A DNA stretch of 64,000 nt from an uncultured Trueperaceae bacterium (GCA_963815215.1 CAWFFU010000004.1:128001-192000); one strand, 5' to 3'; shown: positions 17,563 through 28,135, numbered from the stretch's first letter. Notes: a model not told the origin generated them from the letters alone. Numbers and translations: made by a program.

Positions 17563-18582
17563 TCAGGCGGGAGGGCACATCTCGCGCGCGAGCGCGGTCA
17601 GTTGCTTGGGCGTGGGGACGGTGACGTCCTCGAGGACGGGGGAGAAGGGCACGGGGACGTCCATCGCGCCCATCCTCCGCACCGGCGCGTCGAGGTGATA
17701 GAAGGCGCCGTCGGCGATGACCGCCGCCAGCTCGGCGCTGGCGCCGTAGCTCTGGTGGCCTTCGTCCACCACCACCACCCGGCCGGTCTTCCTGGCCGAC
17801 GCGATGAGGGTGTCGGCGTCGAGTGGCGCGAGCGAGCGCGGGTCGACCACCTCGGCGGAGATGCCGTGGGCCTCGAGCTGCTCGGCCGCCTGCAGCGCCA
17901 CCAGGACCATGCTGCTGGTGGCGACGAAGGTGATGTCGGTGCCGGCACGCTTGACCTCGGCCTGGCCCAGCGGGATGATCAGCTCGCCCTCGGGCACCGG
18001 CCCCTTGTCCTGGAAGCTGAGCTTGTCCTCGACGATCACGACCGGGTTGTCGTCGCGGATGGCCGCCTTCATCAGGCCCTTGGCGTCCCGCGGCGTGGCG
18101 GGCAGCGCCACCTTCAGCCCCGGGATGTGGCTCACCCAGGCGTGGAGACTCTGGCTGTGCTGGGCGGCGCTCCTGCGGGTGGCGCCGAGGGTGGTGCGGA
18201 GCACCATCGGCACCTTGAGCTTGCCGCCGGACATGTAGTGCGTCTTGGCGGCCTGGTTGACGAGCTGGTCCATCACCAACGTCAGGAAGTCGCCGAACAT
18301 GAGGTCGACCACCGGACGCATGCCGGTCATGGCGGCGCCGACCGCCACGCCGGTGAAGCCGGCTTCGCTGATGGGCGTGTCGCGCACCCGTTCGGGGCCG
18401 AACTCCTCGACCAGGCCGGAGAGTACCTTGAACGGGGTGCCGGCCTCGGCGACGTCCTCGCCCAGGATGAACACGCGCGGGTCGCGGCGCATCTCCTCGG
18501 CGAGCGCCTCGTTGACGGCCTGGGAGAAGGTGATGGTGCGGGCCGGACCCTCCTTGGAGAGCGTGCGGCTAGGCGTAGACAT
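17563..18582 (-). CDS. ThDP-dependent dehydrogenase E1 beta subunit (AcoB/PdhB-like)
   Basis: FILGEDV, GPERVRDTPISEAGF, AMDQLVNQAAK-like VMDQLVNQAAK, AAQHSQS, EVVDPRSLAPLD. Confidence 0.95.
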   Translation of the reverse strand: MSTPSRTLSKEGPARTITFSQAVNEALAEEMRRDPRVFILGEDVAEAGTPFKVLSGLVEEFGPERVRDTPISEAGFTGVAVGAAMTGMRPVVDLMFGDFLTLVMDQLVNQAAKTHYMSGGKLKVPMVLRTTLGATRRSAAQHSQSLHAWVSHIPGLKVALPATPRDAKGLMKAAIRDDNPVVIVEDKLSFQDKGPVPEGELIIPLGQAEVKRAGTDITFVATSSMVLVALQAAEQLEAHGISAEVVDPRSLAPLDADTLIASARKTGRVVVVDEGHQSYGASAELAAVIADGAFYHLDAPVRRMGAMDVPVPFSPVLEDVTVPTPKQLTALAREMCPPA

Positions 18583-19609
18583 GCAGCGTGACCTCGCTCT
18601 CGTCGGGGTAGGGCGCTTCGAGCCCGAAGGCCACGGCCGCCTCGGCTTCGGCCCGGACCTCGGCCTCGACGGCCTCGAGCTCGGCGGCGGTGACGATGCC
18701 CCGCTCCGTCAACCAGGCGGCATACAGGGTGAGGGGGTCGCGCTCGCTCCTCCAGTGCGACTCCTCGTCCTTGGAGCGGTAGTAGTCGCGCTGGATGTCG
18801 CCGACGTGGTGCCCGTAGTAGCGGTAGGTGTGGGCCAGCAGGAACGAGGGCCCGTCGCCCCGACGCGCCCGGGCCACCAACTCGCCGGCCACCGCGCTGA
18901 CGGCGGTCACGTCCTGCCCGTCGACCTCCGCGGTGTGGATGCCGAAGGCGCGAGGGCGGTCGAGGATGGCGCCGGCGGTGGTCTCCTCGAAGTGGGTGTA
19001 CTCGTTGTAGAGGTTGTTCTCACACACGTAGAGCACGGGGAGCTTCCAGAGCTGCGCCATGTTCATGACCTCGTACAGCAGCCCCTGCCCGAGCGCGCCT
19101 TCGCCGAAGAAGCACACGGCCACGCGGTCCGTGCCCTGCATCCTGGCCGACAGCGCCGCGCCGGTGGCGATCCCGGCGCTGCCGCCGACGATGGCGTTGG
19201 CTCCGAGGTTGCCGTTCTCCTGGTCCGCGATATGCATGCTTCCGCCCTTGCCGCGGTTGTAGCCGGACGCCTTGCCCAGCAGTTCGGCGAACATCAGGTC
19301 GACCCGCGCGCCCTTGGCGATGCAGTGACCGTGCCCCCGGTGGGTGCTGGTGATGTAGTCCTCACGGGTGAGAGCGTCGCACACGCCGACCGCGACGGCC
19401 TCCTCCCCTGCGTACATGTGGGTGAGGCCGGGCATCTTGGCGCTCAGGTAGAGGTCGTTGGCGTGCTCCTCGAACACCCGGATGCGCATCATCTGCCGGT
19501 AGCTGTAGAGGTGCCGCGGTGGGTCGGAGTCGGCGGACACGCCGGCCCCCGGCGCCTTGCGGCCCGCCCTTTCATTGGAGGACGTGCTTGCTGTGGGTCG
19601 ACCCTTCAC
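18569..19609 (-). CDS. ThDP-dependent dehydrogenase E1 alpha subunit (AcoA/PdhA-like)
   Basis: STHRGHGH, GKGGSMH, FFGEGA...CENN ThDP motif, TYRYYGH; AAGGAG RBS before GTG 19609 (alternatives 19627, 19675). Confidence 0.95.
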   Translation of the reverse strand: MKGRPTASTSSNERAGRKAPGAGVSADSDPPRHLYSYRQMMRIRVFEEHANDLYLSAKMPGLTHMYAGEEAVAVGVCDALTREDYITSTHRGHGHCIAKGARVDLMFAELLGKASGYNRGKGGSMHIADQENGNLGANAIVGGSAGIATGAALSARMQGTDRVAVCFFGEGALGQGLLYEVMNMAQLWKLPVLYVCENNLYNEYTHFEETTAGAILDRPRAFGIHTAEVDGQDVTAVSAVAGELVARARRGDGPSFLLAHTYRYYGHHVGDIQRDYYRSKDEESHWRSERDPLTLYAAWLTERGIVTAAELEAVEAEVRAEAEAAVAFGLEAPYPDESEVTLHVYA

Positions 19610-19661
19610 GCGGTGCTCCTTCCCCATGGAGCGGGAGCCGGCCGGGGCCGCGGATGGCGGC

Positions 19662-20411
19662 TCAGGCGGCGTCACCGTCCGGCTTGTCGTCGTGGTCGCT
19701 GGTCTCGGGACCGGTCGTCTTGAGGGCCTGCCGGCTGTCCTCGCGCACCTGTGCGAGGTGGGCCAGCATCGCTGTCCGGGCGGCGTCCGCGTCCCCCGCC
19801 TCGATGGCGGCGAGGATGACGCGATGGTGGCGCTGGCCGCGCGTCGGGCCGCCGCTCACCTGGAAGATGTGCCCCCTGAGTTCCTGCAACAGATCCACGA
19901 CCGAGTCGAGCAGGCGGGGGACGAAGTGGTTCTGGGTGGCGACGGCGAGGGCGACGTGGAAGCGGTTGTCGGCCTCGATGAAGGTCTTGGCGTCGTCCAG
20001 TGCGAGGTCCATGGCGTGGACGGCGGCCCGCAGGCTCTCGAGATCGGCGTCGCTGCGCCGCAGGGCGGCGCGGGCGGCGATCTCGGGCTCCAGCAGCTCC
20101 CGAACCTCGACCATGCCGCCGATACGCTCCTCGGAGGCGAACCCCATCATCAGGCGCAACGACTGCGTGAAGGCCTTGGCGGTGCCGTCGACGACGAACG
20201 TGCCTTGGCCGCGGCGCACCTCGACCAGGCCGTTCTGGATGAGCGTCTTCATGGCCTCGCGGATGACGGTCCGGCTGACGCCGTAGCGTTCCCCGAGGCT
20301 GCGCTCGTTGGGCAGCTGGTCCCCGCTCGTGAGCTCGCCCGAGAGGATCTGATGGCGGATCCTCTCCACGACCTGCTCGTAGAGCTTGCGGTGTTGAAGC
20401 ACATCCGTCAT
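19662..20411 (-). CDS. GntR family regulator, FadR subfamily (wHTH + FCD)
   Basis: GDQLPNERSLGERYGVSRTVIREA, RRGQGTFV, EVRELLE, DNRFH, HRVILAAIEAGD...MLAHL. Confidence 0.95.
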   Translation of the reverse strand: MTDVLQHRKLYEQVVERIRHQILSGELTSGDQLPNERSLGERYGVSRTVIREAMKTLIQNGLVEVRRGQGTFVVDGTAKAFTQSLRLMMGFASEERIGGMVEVRELLEPEIAARAALRRSDADLESLRAAVHAMDLALDDAKTFIEADNRFHVALAVATQNHFVPRLLDSVVDLLQELRGHIFQVSGGPTRGQRHHRVILAAIEAGDADAARTAMLAHLAQVREDSRQALKTTGPETSDHDDKPDGDAA

Positions 20412-20449
20412 AGTGCAAACCCATGCATCAGATGAAATCTCTTGCAGGA

Positions 20450-20731
20450 GGTATGGTGGTAATACCTCTGTTGGGATGGAGCGAACCTAGCATGTGCCAA
20501 GGCGCCCTGTCAAGGAAACGAGGGGGTGCGAGGGGTTTGACACGCCCATCTCGGTGTGCTAACGTTGGGCGCGTCCACAACTTGATTATGTAGGCTTTGC
20601 GATTCCTTGCGAGCCGGCGCGTCCAGCCCTGTCCGGGGCGGAGATCCGGCCCAACCAGAAGGGTGGTCCAGGCGCCCGAAGTGATCGTTTCCGTTCGGTG
20701 GTATGACCACCACACCACTAATAGTTATCGA
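20450..20731. promoter_or_regulatory. Divergent promoter cassette A with two FadR-type operators
   Basis: Leftward TTGACA(20513-20508)-18-TAGGTT(20489-20484); rightward TTGACA(20537-20542)-17-TAACGT(20560-20565); GGTAT(G/T)ACCACCA boxes at 20450-20469 (minus) and within 20696-20731 (plus). Confidence 0.8.
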
Positions 20732-20838
20732 GCGTGCGTTGCCGAGTCCGGGGCGGTCGGAGCCGCAGCCTGCGGGGCATCGCAGGCGTCCGAGCGCGCC
20801 GGCGACACCGTCGCGGACAGCGTGGAGGAGAACGTGAC

Positions 20839-21717
20839 ATGGCGAGACTAGGATTCGTTGGCCTCGGGGTGATGGGCGGCCGCGTGGCCAAGCGGTTGAT
20901 GGATGCGGGCCACACGGTCACCGGCTACAACCGCACGCGCGCCAAGGCGCGCTGGCTGGAGGATGCCGGCATGGCCTGGGGCGCCACCCCGCGGGCGGTC
21001 GCCGAGGCCTCCGACATCGTGTTCACGATGGTGACCAACACGACCGCCCTGGAGGCCGTGACACAGGGCGAGGACGGCGTCCTGGCCGGACTCGTCGAGG
21101 GCAAGATCTACATCGACATGAGCACGGTCAGCCCGGCCTACAGCCGGGATCTAGCCGCCAGCGTCAAGCTGCGCGGCGCGACCATGCTCGATGCGCCGGT
21201 GTCGGGCAGCGTGGAGACCCTCGAGCAGGGCAAGCTCACCTTCATGGTGGGCGGCGAGCGCAGCGACTTCGAGAAGGTCGAGCCCATCTTGCTGAACGTG
21301 GGGCCGAAGGCTACGCACGTCGGTGCCAACGGGCTGGCGGTGACCATGAAGATCGCCACCAACCTGAGCCTGGCCGTGCAGATGCTGGCCTTCAGCGAAG
21401 GGCTGCTGCTGGCCGAGCGCAGCGGGATCGCCCGGGAGACGGCGACGGAGGTGTTGCTGAACAGCGTCATCGCCTCCCCGATGGTCAAGTACCGTGGCCC
21501 CTTCGTGCTGGCGATGCCGGACGAGGCCTGGTTCGACGTGAACATGATGCAGAAGGACATGAACCTGGCCCTCGAGCTGGGTCAGGAGGTCAACGTCATG
21601 TTGCCCACCACGGCCGCGACCAACGAGATGTTGACCGCCGCCCGCGGGCTGGGGCTGGACAAGCAGGACTTCGCCGTCGTGTTCGAAGTGCTCTCGCGTC
21701 TCTCCGGGGGGAGCTGA
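20839..21717 (+). CDS. NAD(P)-dependent beta-hydroxyacid dehydrogenase (3-hydroxyisobutyrate/tartronate semialdehyde reductase family)
   Basis: GFVGLGVMG, YNRT, DMSTVSP, LDAPVSG, catalytic MKIATN; GGAGGAG RBS. Confidence 0.92.
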   Translation: MARLGFVGLGVMGGRVAKRLMDAGHTVTGYNRTRAKARWLEDAGMAWGATPRAVAEASDIVFTMVTNTTALEAVTQGEDGVLAGLVEGKIYIDMSTVSPAYSRDLAASVKLRGATMLDAPVSGSVETLEQGKLTFMVGGERSDFEKVEPILLNVGPKATHVGANGLAVTMKIATNLSLAVQMLAFSEGLLLAERSGIARETATEVLLNSVIASPMVKYRGPFVLAMPDEAWFDVNMMQKDMNLALELGQEVNVMLPTTAATNEMLTAARGLGLDKQDFAVVFEVLSRLSGGS

Positions 21718-21721
21718 GCTC

Positions 21722-23212
21722 GTGGCAGCGGAGCGACTGCGTAGCGATTCGGGCGAGCGCCGCACATCCGCCTCCGGCGGGCAGCCCCGGCTGGGCGAGT
21801 TCGGGTGCTACGTGGCCGGGCAGTGGGTCCGCACGGGTGATCGGCTGGAGGTCCTGAGCCCCTTCGACGGCAGCCTGGTGGCGGTCGTACATCGTGCCGG
21901 CCCGGAGCAGATCGAGGCGGCCATCGCGCAGGCCACGGCGGCGTTCCAGGCCACCCGCCACATGCCGGTGTGGAAGCGGTCGGAGGCGCTGGAGGCCATC
22001 AGCGCCGGCATCCGCGAGCGCCGCGAGGACCTCGCCCAGACCATCGCGCTGGAGGCCGGCAAGCCGGTCTCGGCGGCGCGCGGCGAGGTCGACCGCGCGG
22101 CCTTCACCTTCAAGGTGGCGGCCGAGGAGGCCAAGCGCATCTACGGCGAGATCGTTCCTCTCGACTGGATCCCCGGCCTGGAGGGGCGCGAGGCGCAGGT
22201 CCGTCACGTCCCGCTGGGACCGGTGGCGGGCATCAGCCCCTTCAACTACCCACTGAACCTGGTCGCCCACAAGGTCGCGCCGGCGTTGGCCGCCGGCGAC
22301 GCCATCGTGCTGCGCCCTGCCAGCCAGACGCCCTTGAGCGCGTTGAAGCTGGCCGCCATCGTGCAGGAGTCCGGCTTCCCGGAGGGCGCCTTCAGCGTGG
22401 TCCCCAGCCGCACGGCCGACGCCGCGCCGCTCGTCGAGGACGAGCGCATCCGTTTGCTGACCTTCACCGGCAGCCCGGCGGTCGGCTGGTCGCTCAAGGG
22501 ACGGGCCGGCCGCAAGCGCGTCACGCTGGAGCTCGGCGGCAACGCCGGGGTCATCGTCCACAAGGACGCCGACCTGGCATTCGCGGCCGAGCGCGTGATC
22601 TGGGGCGGCTTCCAGTACTCGGGCCAGTCGTGCGTATCGGTGCAGCGCGTCTACGTGCACGAGGACGTCTACGACGCCTTCCGCGAGGCGTTGGTGCCAC
22701 AGGTCGAGGCGCTGAGGGTGGGTGATCCACTCGACGACGCCACCGACGTGGGTCCGGTCATCGATGCCGATGCCGCCGAGCGGATCGAGGCGTGGGTGGC
22801 CGAGGCCATCGAAGGCGGAGCGCGCCTGCTCGCCGGCGGCACCCGACGGGGCAACCTGTGGCCGCCCACGCTGCTCGAGGCCATCACGCCCTCGATGAAG
22901 GTGTGCAACCAGGAGGTCTTCGCGCCCATGATCGGGCTGTACCGCTACGCCGACGTGCTCGAGGCGATCGACGCCGTCGACGCCAGCGACTTCGGCCTGC
23001 AGGCGGGCCTGTTCACCAACGACACGCGCGTCATCCGCGAGGCCTTCGACCGCATCGAGGTCGGAGGGCTCAACATCAACGACGTCTCCACCTTCCGTGT
23101 CGATCACATGCCGTACGGCGGCGTGAAGCAGTCGGGCGCGGGACGCGAGGGGCTGCGTTACGCCATCCAGGAGATGAGCGAGATGAAGCTGCTGACGCTC
23201 AACCCCCGGTAA
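21722..23212 (+). CDS. Aldehyde dehydrogenase
   Basis: ISPFNYPLNLVAHK, FTGS, LELGGNA, SGQSCVS, EVFAP, MPYGGVKQSG. Confidence 0.95.
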   Translation: MAAERLRSDSGERRTSASGGQPRLGEFGCYVAGQWVRTGDRLEVLSPFDGSLVAVVHRAGPEQIEAAIAQATAAFQATRHMPVWKRSEALEAISAGIRERREDLAQTIALEAGKPVSAARGEVDRAAFTFKVAAEEAKRIYGEIVPLDWIPGLEGREAQVRHVPLGPVAGISPFNYPLNLVAHKVAPALAAGDAIVLRPASQTPLSALKLAAIVQESGFPEGAFSVVPSRTADAAPLVEDERIRLLTFTGSPAVGWSLKGRAGRKRVTLELGGNAGVIVHKDADLAFAAERVIWGGFQYSGQSCVSVQRVYVHEDVYDAFREALVPQVEALRVGDPLDDATDVGPVIDADAAERIEAWVAEAIEGGARLLAGGTRRGNLWPPTLLEAITPSMKVCNQEVFAPMIGLYRYADVLEAIDAVDASDFGLQAGLFTNDTRVIREAFDRIEVGGLNINDVSTFRVDHMPYGGVKQSGAGREGLRYAIQEMSEMKLLTLNPR

Positions 23213-23354
23213 CCGGGGTCGAGCCGTTCATGCCACGCCGCATCCCCGGAGGGAGGTGACCGCGACCACCTGAGCGAACCGTACGCCGAGGGGCACGGAT
23301 GGATCGAGACAGCCGAGGATCCGACCGGAAGACGCAGGACCTGGAGGTAGTGAG

Positions 23355-24545
23355 ATGTTCAAGAGACTTGCACTCGTGATCGCGGCGAGCGTGTTCGCCG
23401 TGACCGGGCTCGCCATGGCGCAGGGTCCCATCAAGATCGGGATCTCGCTCCCCCTGACGGGCATGTTCTCGCAGCCGGGCGGAGCTGCGCAGAAGGGCTA
23501 CAAGGTCTGGCAGAAGATCATCAACGACAACGGCGGGCTGCTGGGACGCCAGGTGGACCTCGTCATCAAGGACGACGCCAGCGACCAGAACAGCATCGTG
23601 TCGGACTACAACCGACTGATCACGCAGGACAAGGTCGACCTCGTGCTCGGCACCTTCTCGTCGCTTCTCAACCTGCCGGCCTCGGCGGTCGCCGAGAAGT
23701 ACCACATGGTGTACGTCGAGCCCGCCGGTGGCGCGCCCAAGATGTTCGAGCGCGGCTTCCAGTACCTGTTCTTCGCGCAGCAGGCGACGGCTACGCATCA
23801 GGGCGACCAGTTCGTGAAGTGGGTGCTCTCGCTGCCGGCCGATCAGCGACCGAAGACGGCCGCCTACCCCACCCAGGACGACCCCTTCACCAAGCCGGTC
23901 ATCGAGGGGATCCGCGCGCAGCTCGAGGCGGCCGGGATCAAGACCGTCTACCAGACGACCTACCCGCCCGACACCTCGAACTTCGACACCATCGCCAGCG
24001 CCATCAAGAACAGCGGCGCGGACCTGGTCGCCGAGGGTGCGGTCTTCCAGGACGGCGTCAGCATCATCCGCTCGTTCCAGAAGCTGGGCTACAGCCCCAA
24101 GGTGCTGTTCGAGACGTCGGCGCCCTCCGAGAGCGAGCAGTTCGCCAGCGGCATCGGTGCGGCCAACACCGAGGGCATCTTCTACGCGGTGAGCTGGCAC
24201 CAGGATCTCACGACGCCGATGAACAAGCAGTTCGTCGACACCTACCAGCAGATGTACGGGGCGGACCAGATCCCTGCCGAGGACGCCGCCGACGCGTTCG
24301 CTTCGGCGCAGGTGCTGCAGACGGCGGTCACCGCGGTCGGCTCCCTCGACCAGACCAAGATCAAGGACTACCTGCACGCCAACACCGTCCCGACCATCCT
24401 CGGACCGCTGTCCTGGGACAAGACGGGCGCTCCGCAGTCCAACTTCCTGCTCGCCCAGTGGCAGAAGGGCAAGGCGGAGATCGTGCTGCCGCGCGACGTC
24501 GCGACGTCGCCGACGATCACCTTCCCGAAGCCTGGGTGGAAGTAG
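23355..24545 (+). CDS. HAAT (LivJ/K-type) ABC transporter substrate-binding protein 1
   Basis: Signal peptide AMA-Q; PIKIGISLPLTG, GGLLGRQV, DKVDLVLG. Confidence 0.92.
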   Translation: MFKRLALVIAASVFAVTGLAMAQGPIKIGISLPLTGMFSQPGGAAQKGYKVWQKIINDNGGLLGRQVDLVIKDDASDQNSIVSDYNRLITQDKVDLVLGTFSSLLNLPASAVAEKYHMVYVEPAGGAPKMFERGFQYLFFAQQATATHQGDQFVKWVLSLPADQRPKTAAYPTQDDPFTKPVIEGIRAQLEAAGIKTVYQTTYPPDTSNFDTIASAIKNSGADLVAEGAVFQDGVSIIRSFQKLGYSPKVLFETSAPSESEQFASGIGAANTEGIFYAVSWHQDLTTPMNKQFVDTYQQMYGADQIPAEDAADAFASAQVLQTAVTAVGSLDQTKIKDYLHANTVPTILGPLSWDKTGAPQSNFLLAQWQKGKAEIVLPRDVATSPTITFPKPGWK

Positions 24546-24560
24546 GCCTCTCGCATATGC

Positions 24561-24595
24561 GCGGAAGGGGCCCCCGCAGGGGGGCCCCGCTCCGC
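24561..24595 (+). terminator. Stem-loop after SBP gene 1 (mRNA stabiliser / partial terminator)
   Basis: ggggccccc-gcag-gggggcccc plus outer gcgga/tccgc; no U tract. Confidence 0.55.
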
Positions 24596-24660
24596 CTCAG
24601 GACCCCGCCGGCGGGGCGCGTCCTGGTGGACGTCCCCAGCGCCGGCGCACGAGGAGTTCC

Positions 24661-25542
24661 ATGACGCTGTTGGTCCAGACGATCTTCCTGGGGTTGCTCA
24701 TCGGGGGGGTCTACGCCCTGTTCGCGTCCGGTCTCACGCTGGTCTTCGGGGTCATGGGGATCGTCAACGTGGCGCACCCCGCGTTCCTGGTGCTGGCCGG
24801 CCTCTTCACCTACGAGCTGTGGTCCCGTCTGGGGGTGGACCCGCTCCTCCTCACGCTGGTCACCACGCCGGTGATGTTCGCGCTCGGATGGCTGGTCTAC
24901 AAGGGACTCATCGCGCGGGTGCGTTCGGGACCGGTCTCGATGTCGGTCGTGCTGACCTTCGGCCTCGCCATCGCGCTCGAAGGCGCCATGGGGATGACCT
25001 GGAAGAACGTCTTCCGTTCGGTCACGCCCCCCTATTTCAACCAATCGTTCCACCTCGGGGCACTGGTGTTTCCCAAGGCCCAGGTCTTCGGTTGCATCGC
25101 CGCCGTGGTGGTCCTGCTGCTGCTCTATCTGCTGCTCACCAAGACCTGGATCGGGCGCGCCATCCGCGGCGCGTCGGAGAACCCCGAGGGGGCGCACCTC
25201 GTCGGCATCGACATCGGTGCGGTGGCGGCGCTGACGTTCGCCATCGGCGCCGCCACCGCCGGCGTGGGCGGATCGGTCATGTCGATCCTCTACCCGATCT
25301 TCCCGGCCTCCCAGTACGTATGGATCTCCCGCACCCTCGGCATCATCGTGCTGGGCGGCATGGGGAGCCTGCCCGGGGCCGTGTTGGGGGCGCTGATCCT
25401 GGGCGCCGCCGAGACCCTGACCGCCACCTACATCTCCACGCAGTGGGCGGTGGTGGTCTTCTACCTCGTCATCCTGGTGGTGCTCATGGTGCGCCCGGAG
25501 GGCCTGATGGGCGCCCGCGTGCGGAAGGACGTGGTGGCGTGA
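24661..25542 (+). CDS. HAAT ABC permease (LivH-like)
   Basis: GGVYALFASGLTLVFGVMGIVNVAH, GRAIRG, VLGGMGSLPGA, RPEGLMG. Confidence 0.93.
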   Translation: MTLLVQTIFLGLLIGGVYALFASGLTLVFGVMGIVNVAHPAFLVLAGLFTYELWSRLGVDPLLLTLVTTPVMFALGWLVYKGLIARVRSGPVSMSVVLTFGLAIALEGAMGMTWKNVFRSVTPPYFNQSFHLGALVFPKAQVFGCIAAVVVLLLLYLLLTKTWIGRAIRGASENPEGAHLVGIDIGAVAALTFAIGAATAGVGGSVMSILYPIFPASQYVWISRTLGIIVLGGMGSLPGAVLGALILGAAETLTATYISTQWAVVVFYLVILVVLMVRPEGLMGARVRKDVVA

Positions 25543-27401
25543 CCGCGAACCCCCGAGCCGCCGCGCCGCGCCGGTCGTTCCTCACCTGGCGCAACGTGGC
25601 GCTCGCGCTCGCCGGGGCGGCGCTGGTCGCCTTCCCGCTGGTCCGGCCCGGTGACCAGTACTACCAGACCGTCCTCATCCTGATCTTCGTGCTCGGGGTG
25701 ATGGCGACCGGTTGGAACGTGATCGCCGGCTTCACCGGCTACATCTCGCTGGGCCAGAGCGCCTTCCTGGGGCTGGGCGCGTATACCGTCGGTCTGCTCA
25801 CGCGGGTCGTGCACGTCTCGCCTTTCGTGCTGGCGCCGCTGGGCGGCATCGTGGCGGCGGTGGTGGCGGCGCTGCTGGGCTCCACCATCATGCGTACCCG
25901 CGAGCACGCCTACGTGATCATCACCATCGCCTTCCTGTTCCTGATGCAGGCCATCGGTCTGAACGCGCCCGGTCTCACCGGCGGTTCGGACGGCATCACG
26001 CTCCCGCTCCCTTCATGGGGTCTCGGCATCGGCAACATGCCGTTCTATTACGCGCTGTTCGGGCTCATGCTGTTGTCGGTCCTGATGACGTGGTGGATCC
26101 GCCGGACCAAGTTCGGGATGGGCCTGATCGCCATCCGCGAGGACGAGGACAAGGCGGCCGCCATCGGCGTGCGGACCAGCGTCTACAAGATCCTCGCCAC
26201 CGTTGCCAGCGGCGTGCTCATCGGCGTGGCCGGCGGGGTGTACGCGTACTTCCTGACGTTCATCGACCCGCGCGGCATGTTCGCCATCCTGGTGAGCGTC
26301 CAGATCGTGCTGGCGACGTTGTTGGGCGGCCTCGGAACGATCTGGGGTCCCGTGCTCGGCGCCTTCCTGGTCGTGCCCATGAACGAGGTGACCAACAACG
26401 TCATGGCGGCACAGGGCGTGCACCTGTTCGTGTTCGGCCTGGTACTGATGGCGGTGGTGATGTTCCTGCCGCGCGGGCTCATCCCGACCCTCCGTGGCTG
26501 GGTCGAGAGCCGACGCAAGTCCACTGTCGCCTTCGAACGGCGGCAGAGCGTGCCGAGCGTGCTCGAGCTCAGCACGCCGCCGATGGCGGTGGGGCGGGAC
26601 CGCGGGTCGCCGCGGGCAGCCGGTGAAGGTCCGCCGCTGTTGCAGGTCGACGGGCTGGTGAAGCGCTTCGGCGGCATCACCGCTGTCGACGGGTGCTCGT
26701 TCAAGGTGGCAGACGGCAGCCTTACCGGCCTCATCGGCCCCAACGGCTCGGGCAAGACCACGGTGTTCAATCTCGTCAGCGGGATGATGCGTGCCAACGA
26801 GGGCGTCATCCGGCTCGCCGGCGAACGCATCGACGCGCTGCAACCCTGGGACCGGGCGTACCGCGGGCTGGGGCGCACCTTCCAGAGCACCCGGCTGTTC
26901 CCCAAGCTGACCGTGATGGAGAACGTGGTGGCGCCCCTCAAGCGCTTCGACTGGTCGCTGCTCCCGGCCGACGCCGTGAGCGGGCGCGAGGCCAAGCGGG
27001 GGCTCGAGCTCCTCGACTTCGTGGGGCTGGCCGACTTCGGGCAGCAGCCGGCGTGGCAGCTCTCCTTCGGGCAGAAGAAGCTGGTCGAGCTGGCGCAACT
27101 CCTCATGCTCGAGCCCCGCCTGATCCTGCTCGACGAGCCGGCCGGCGGCATCAACCCCGGCCTGATCGAGCGCATCTCGGACACCATCCGCGCCCTCAAC
27201 AAGCAGGGCCTCACCTTCGTGATCGTGGAGCACAACATGCCGATGGTCCTCGACCTGTGCGATTCGATGCTGGTGATGGCGCGCGGCAGCGTGATCGCCG
27301 AGGGCAGTCCCGACGAGATCCAGAGCAACCCGGTGGTGCTCGACGCCTACCTGGGCGAGGACTGGAACCGCGAGGCCGAGCTCGAGGAGGCGAGGGCCTG
27401 A
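25539..27401 (+). CDS. Fused HAAT ABC permease-ATPase (LivM-LivG)
   Basis: GTG overlaps upstream [18 protein letters not shown]...LPRGLI permease, then [29 protein letters not shown] in one frame. Confidence 0.92.
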   Translation: MTANPRAAAPRRSFLTWRNVALALAGAALVAFPLVRPGDQYYQTVLILIFVLGVMATGWNVIAGFTGYISLGQSAFLGLGAYTVGLLTRVVHVSPFVLAPLGGIVAAVVAALLGSTIMRTREHAYVIITIAFLFLMQAIGLNAPGLTGGSDGITLPLPSWGLGIGNMPFYYALFGLMLLSVLMTWWIRRTKFGMGLIAIREDEDKAAAIGVRTSVYKILATVASGVLIGVAGGVYAYFLTFIDPRGMFAILVSVQIVLATLLGGLGTIWGPVLGAFLVVPMNEVTNNVMAAQGVHLFVFGLVLMAVVMFLPRGLIPTLRGWVESRRKSTVAFERRQSVPSVLELSTPPMAVGRDRGSPRAAGEGPPLLQVDGLVKRFGGITAVDGCSFKVADGSLTGLIGPNGSGKTTVFNLVSGMMRANEGVIRLAGERIDALQPWDRAYRGLGRTFQSTRLFPKLTVMENVVAPLKRFDWSLLPADAVSGREAKRGLELLDFVGLADFGQQPAWQLSFGQKKLVELAQLLMLEPRLILLDEPAGGINPGLIERISDTIRALNKQGLTFVIVEHNMPMVLDLCDSMLVMARGSVIAEGSPDEIQSNPVVLDAYLGEDWNREAELEEARA

Positions 27402-28135
27402 TGGCGGCCGTCCTCGAGTTGGCGGGCGTGGTGTCGGGCTACCACGGAGCTCGCGTCCTGCAGGGCGTCGACCTGGCGCTCGAGTCCGGCGCCATCACCT
27501 GCGTGGTGGGGCCGAACGGCGCAGGCAAGTCGACGCTGCTCAAGACGATCAGCGGCGTGTGCCGGGCACTCGAGGGGACCGTCCTGCTGAACGGCTCGGA
27601 CATGCTCTCGACGCTGTCGCCCAGCCAGATCCTGGCGCTCGGCGTGGTCCAGGTGCCGCAGCAGAACGCCCTGTTCCCCAGCCTCACCGTCAAGGACAAC
27701 GTGCTGATGGGCGCCTACATCCTGCGGGGCAAGCCGGGGCTGGTACGCAAGCGTTACCGCGAGGTCGAGGAGCTCATCCCGCTGGTGCACGACCGCGCCT
27801 CGGACAAGGCGGGCAACCTGTCGGGCGGGCAGCGGCGTGCCGTCGAGTTCGCGCGCAGTCTCATGCTCGACCCCAGCCTGGTGCTGCTCGACGAGCCCTC
27901 GCTGGGCCTCGACCGCAAGAGCCTCAAGCAGGTGTGGGACCTCATCGCCGGCATGCGCGACCGCGGCCGCACCATCCTGCTGGTGGAGCAGAACGTCCGG
28001 CTGGGCCTGGGCTCGGCCGACTACGGGGTGGTGTTGGAGGGCGGCCGCGTGCGCCTCAACGGCCCCGCGCGGGAGGTCCTCGAGCATCCCGAGATCGCCG
28101 ACCTCTACCTCGGCGGCACCGTCCGAGATGCCTGA
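27401..28135 (+). CDS. HAAT ABC ATPase (LivF-like)
   Basis: [31 protein letters not shown]. Confidence 0.93.
   Translation: MAAVLELAGVVSGYHGARVLQGVDLALESGAITCVVGPNGAGKSTLLKTISGVCRALEGTVLLNGSDMLSTLSPSQILALGVVQVPQQNALFPSLTVKDNVLMGAYILRGKPGLVRKRYREVEELIPLVHDRASDKAGNLSGGQRRAVEFARSLMLDPSLVLLDEPSLGLDRKSLKQVWDLIAGMRDRGRTILLVEQNVRLGLGSADYGVVLEGGRVRLNGPAREVLEHPEIADLYLGGTVRDA

Noticed and set aside
14879..19609. Housekeeping pyruvate dehydrogenase operon (pdhABC)
   Set aside because: Degenerate E2, no E3, inserted M24 gene and GntR control; no gene symbols assigned
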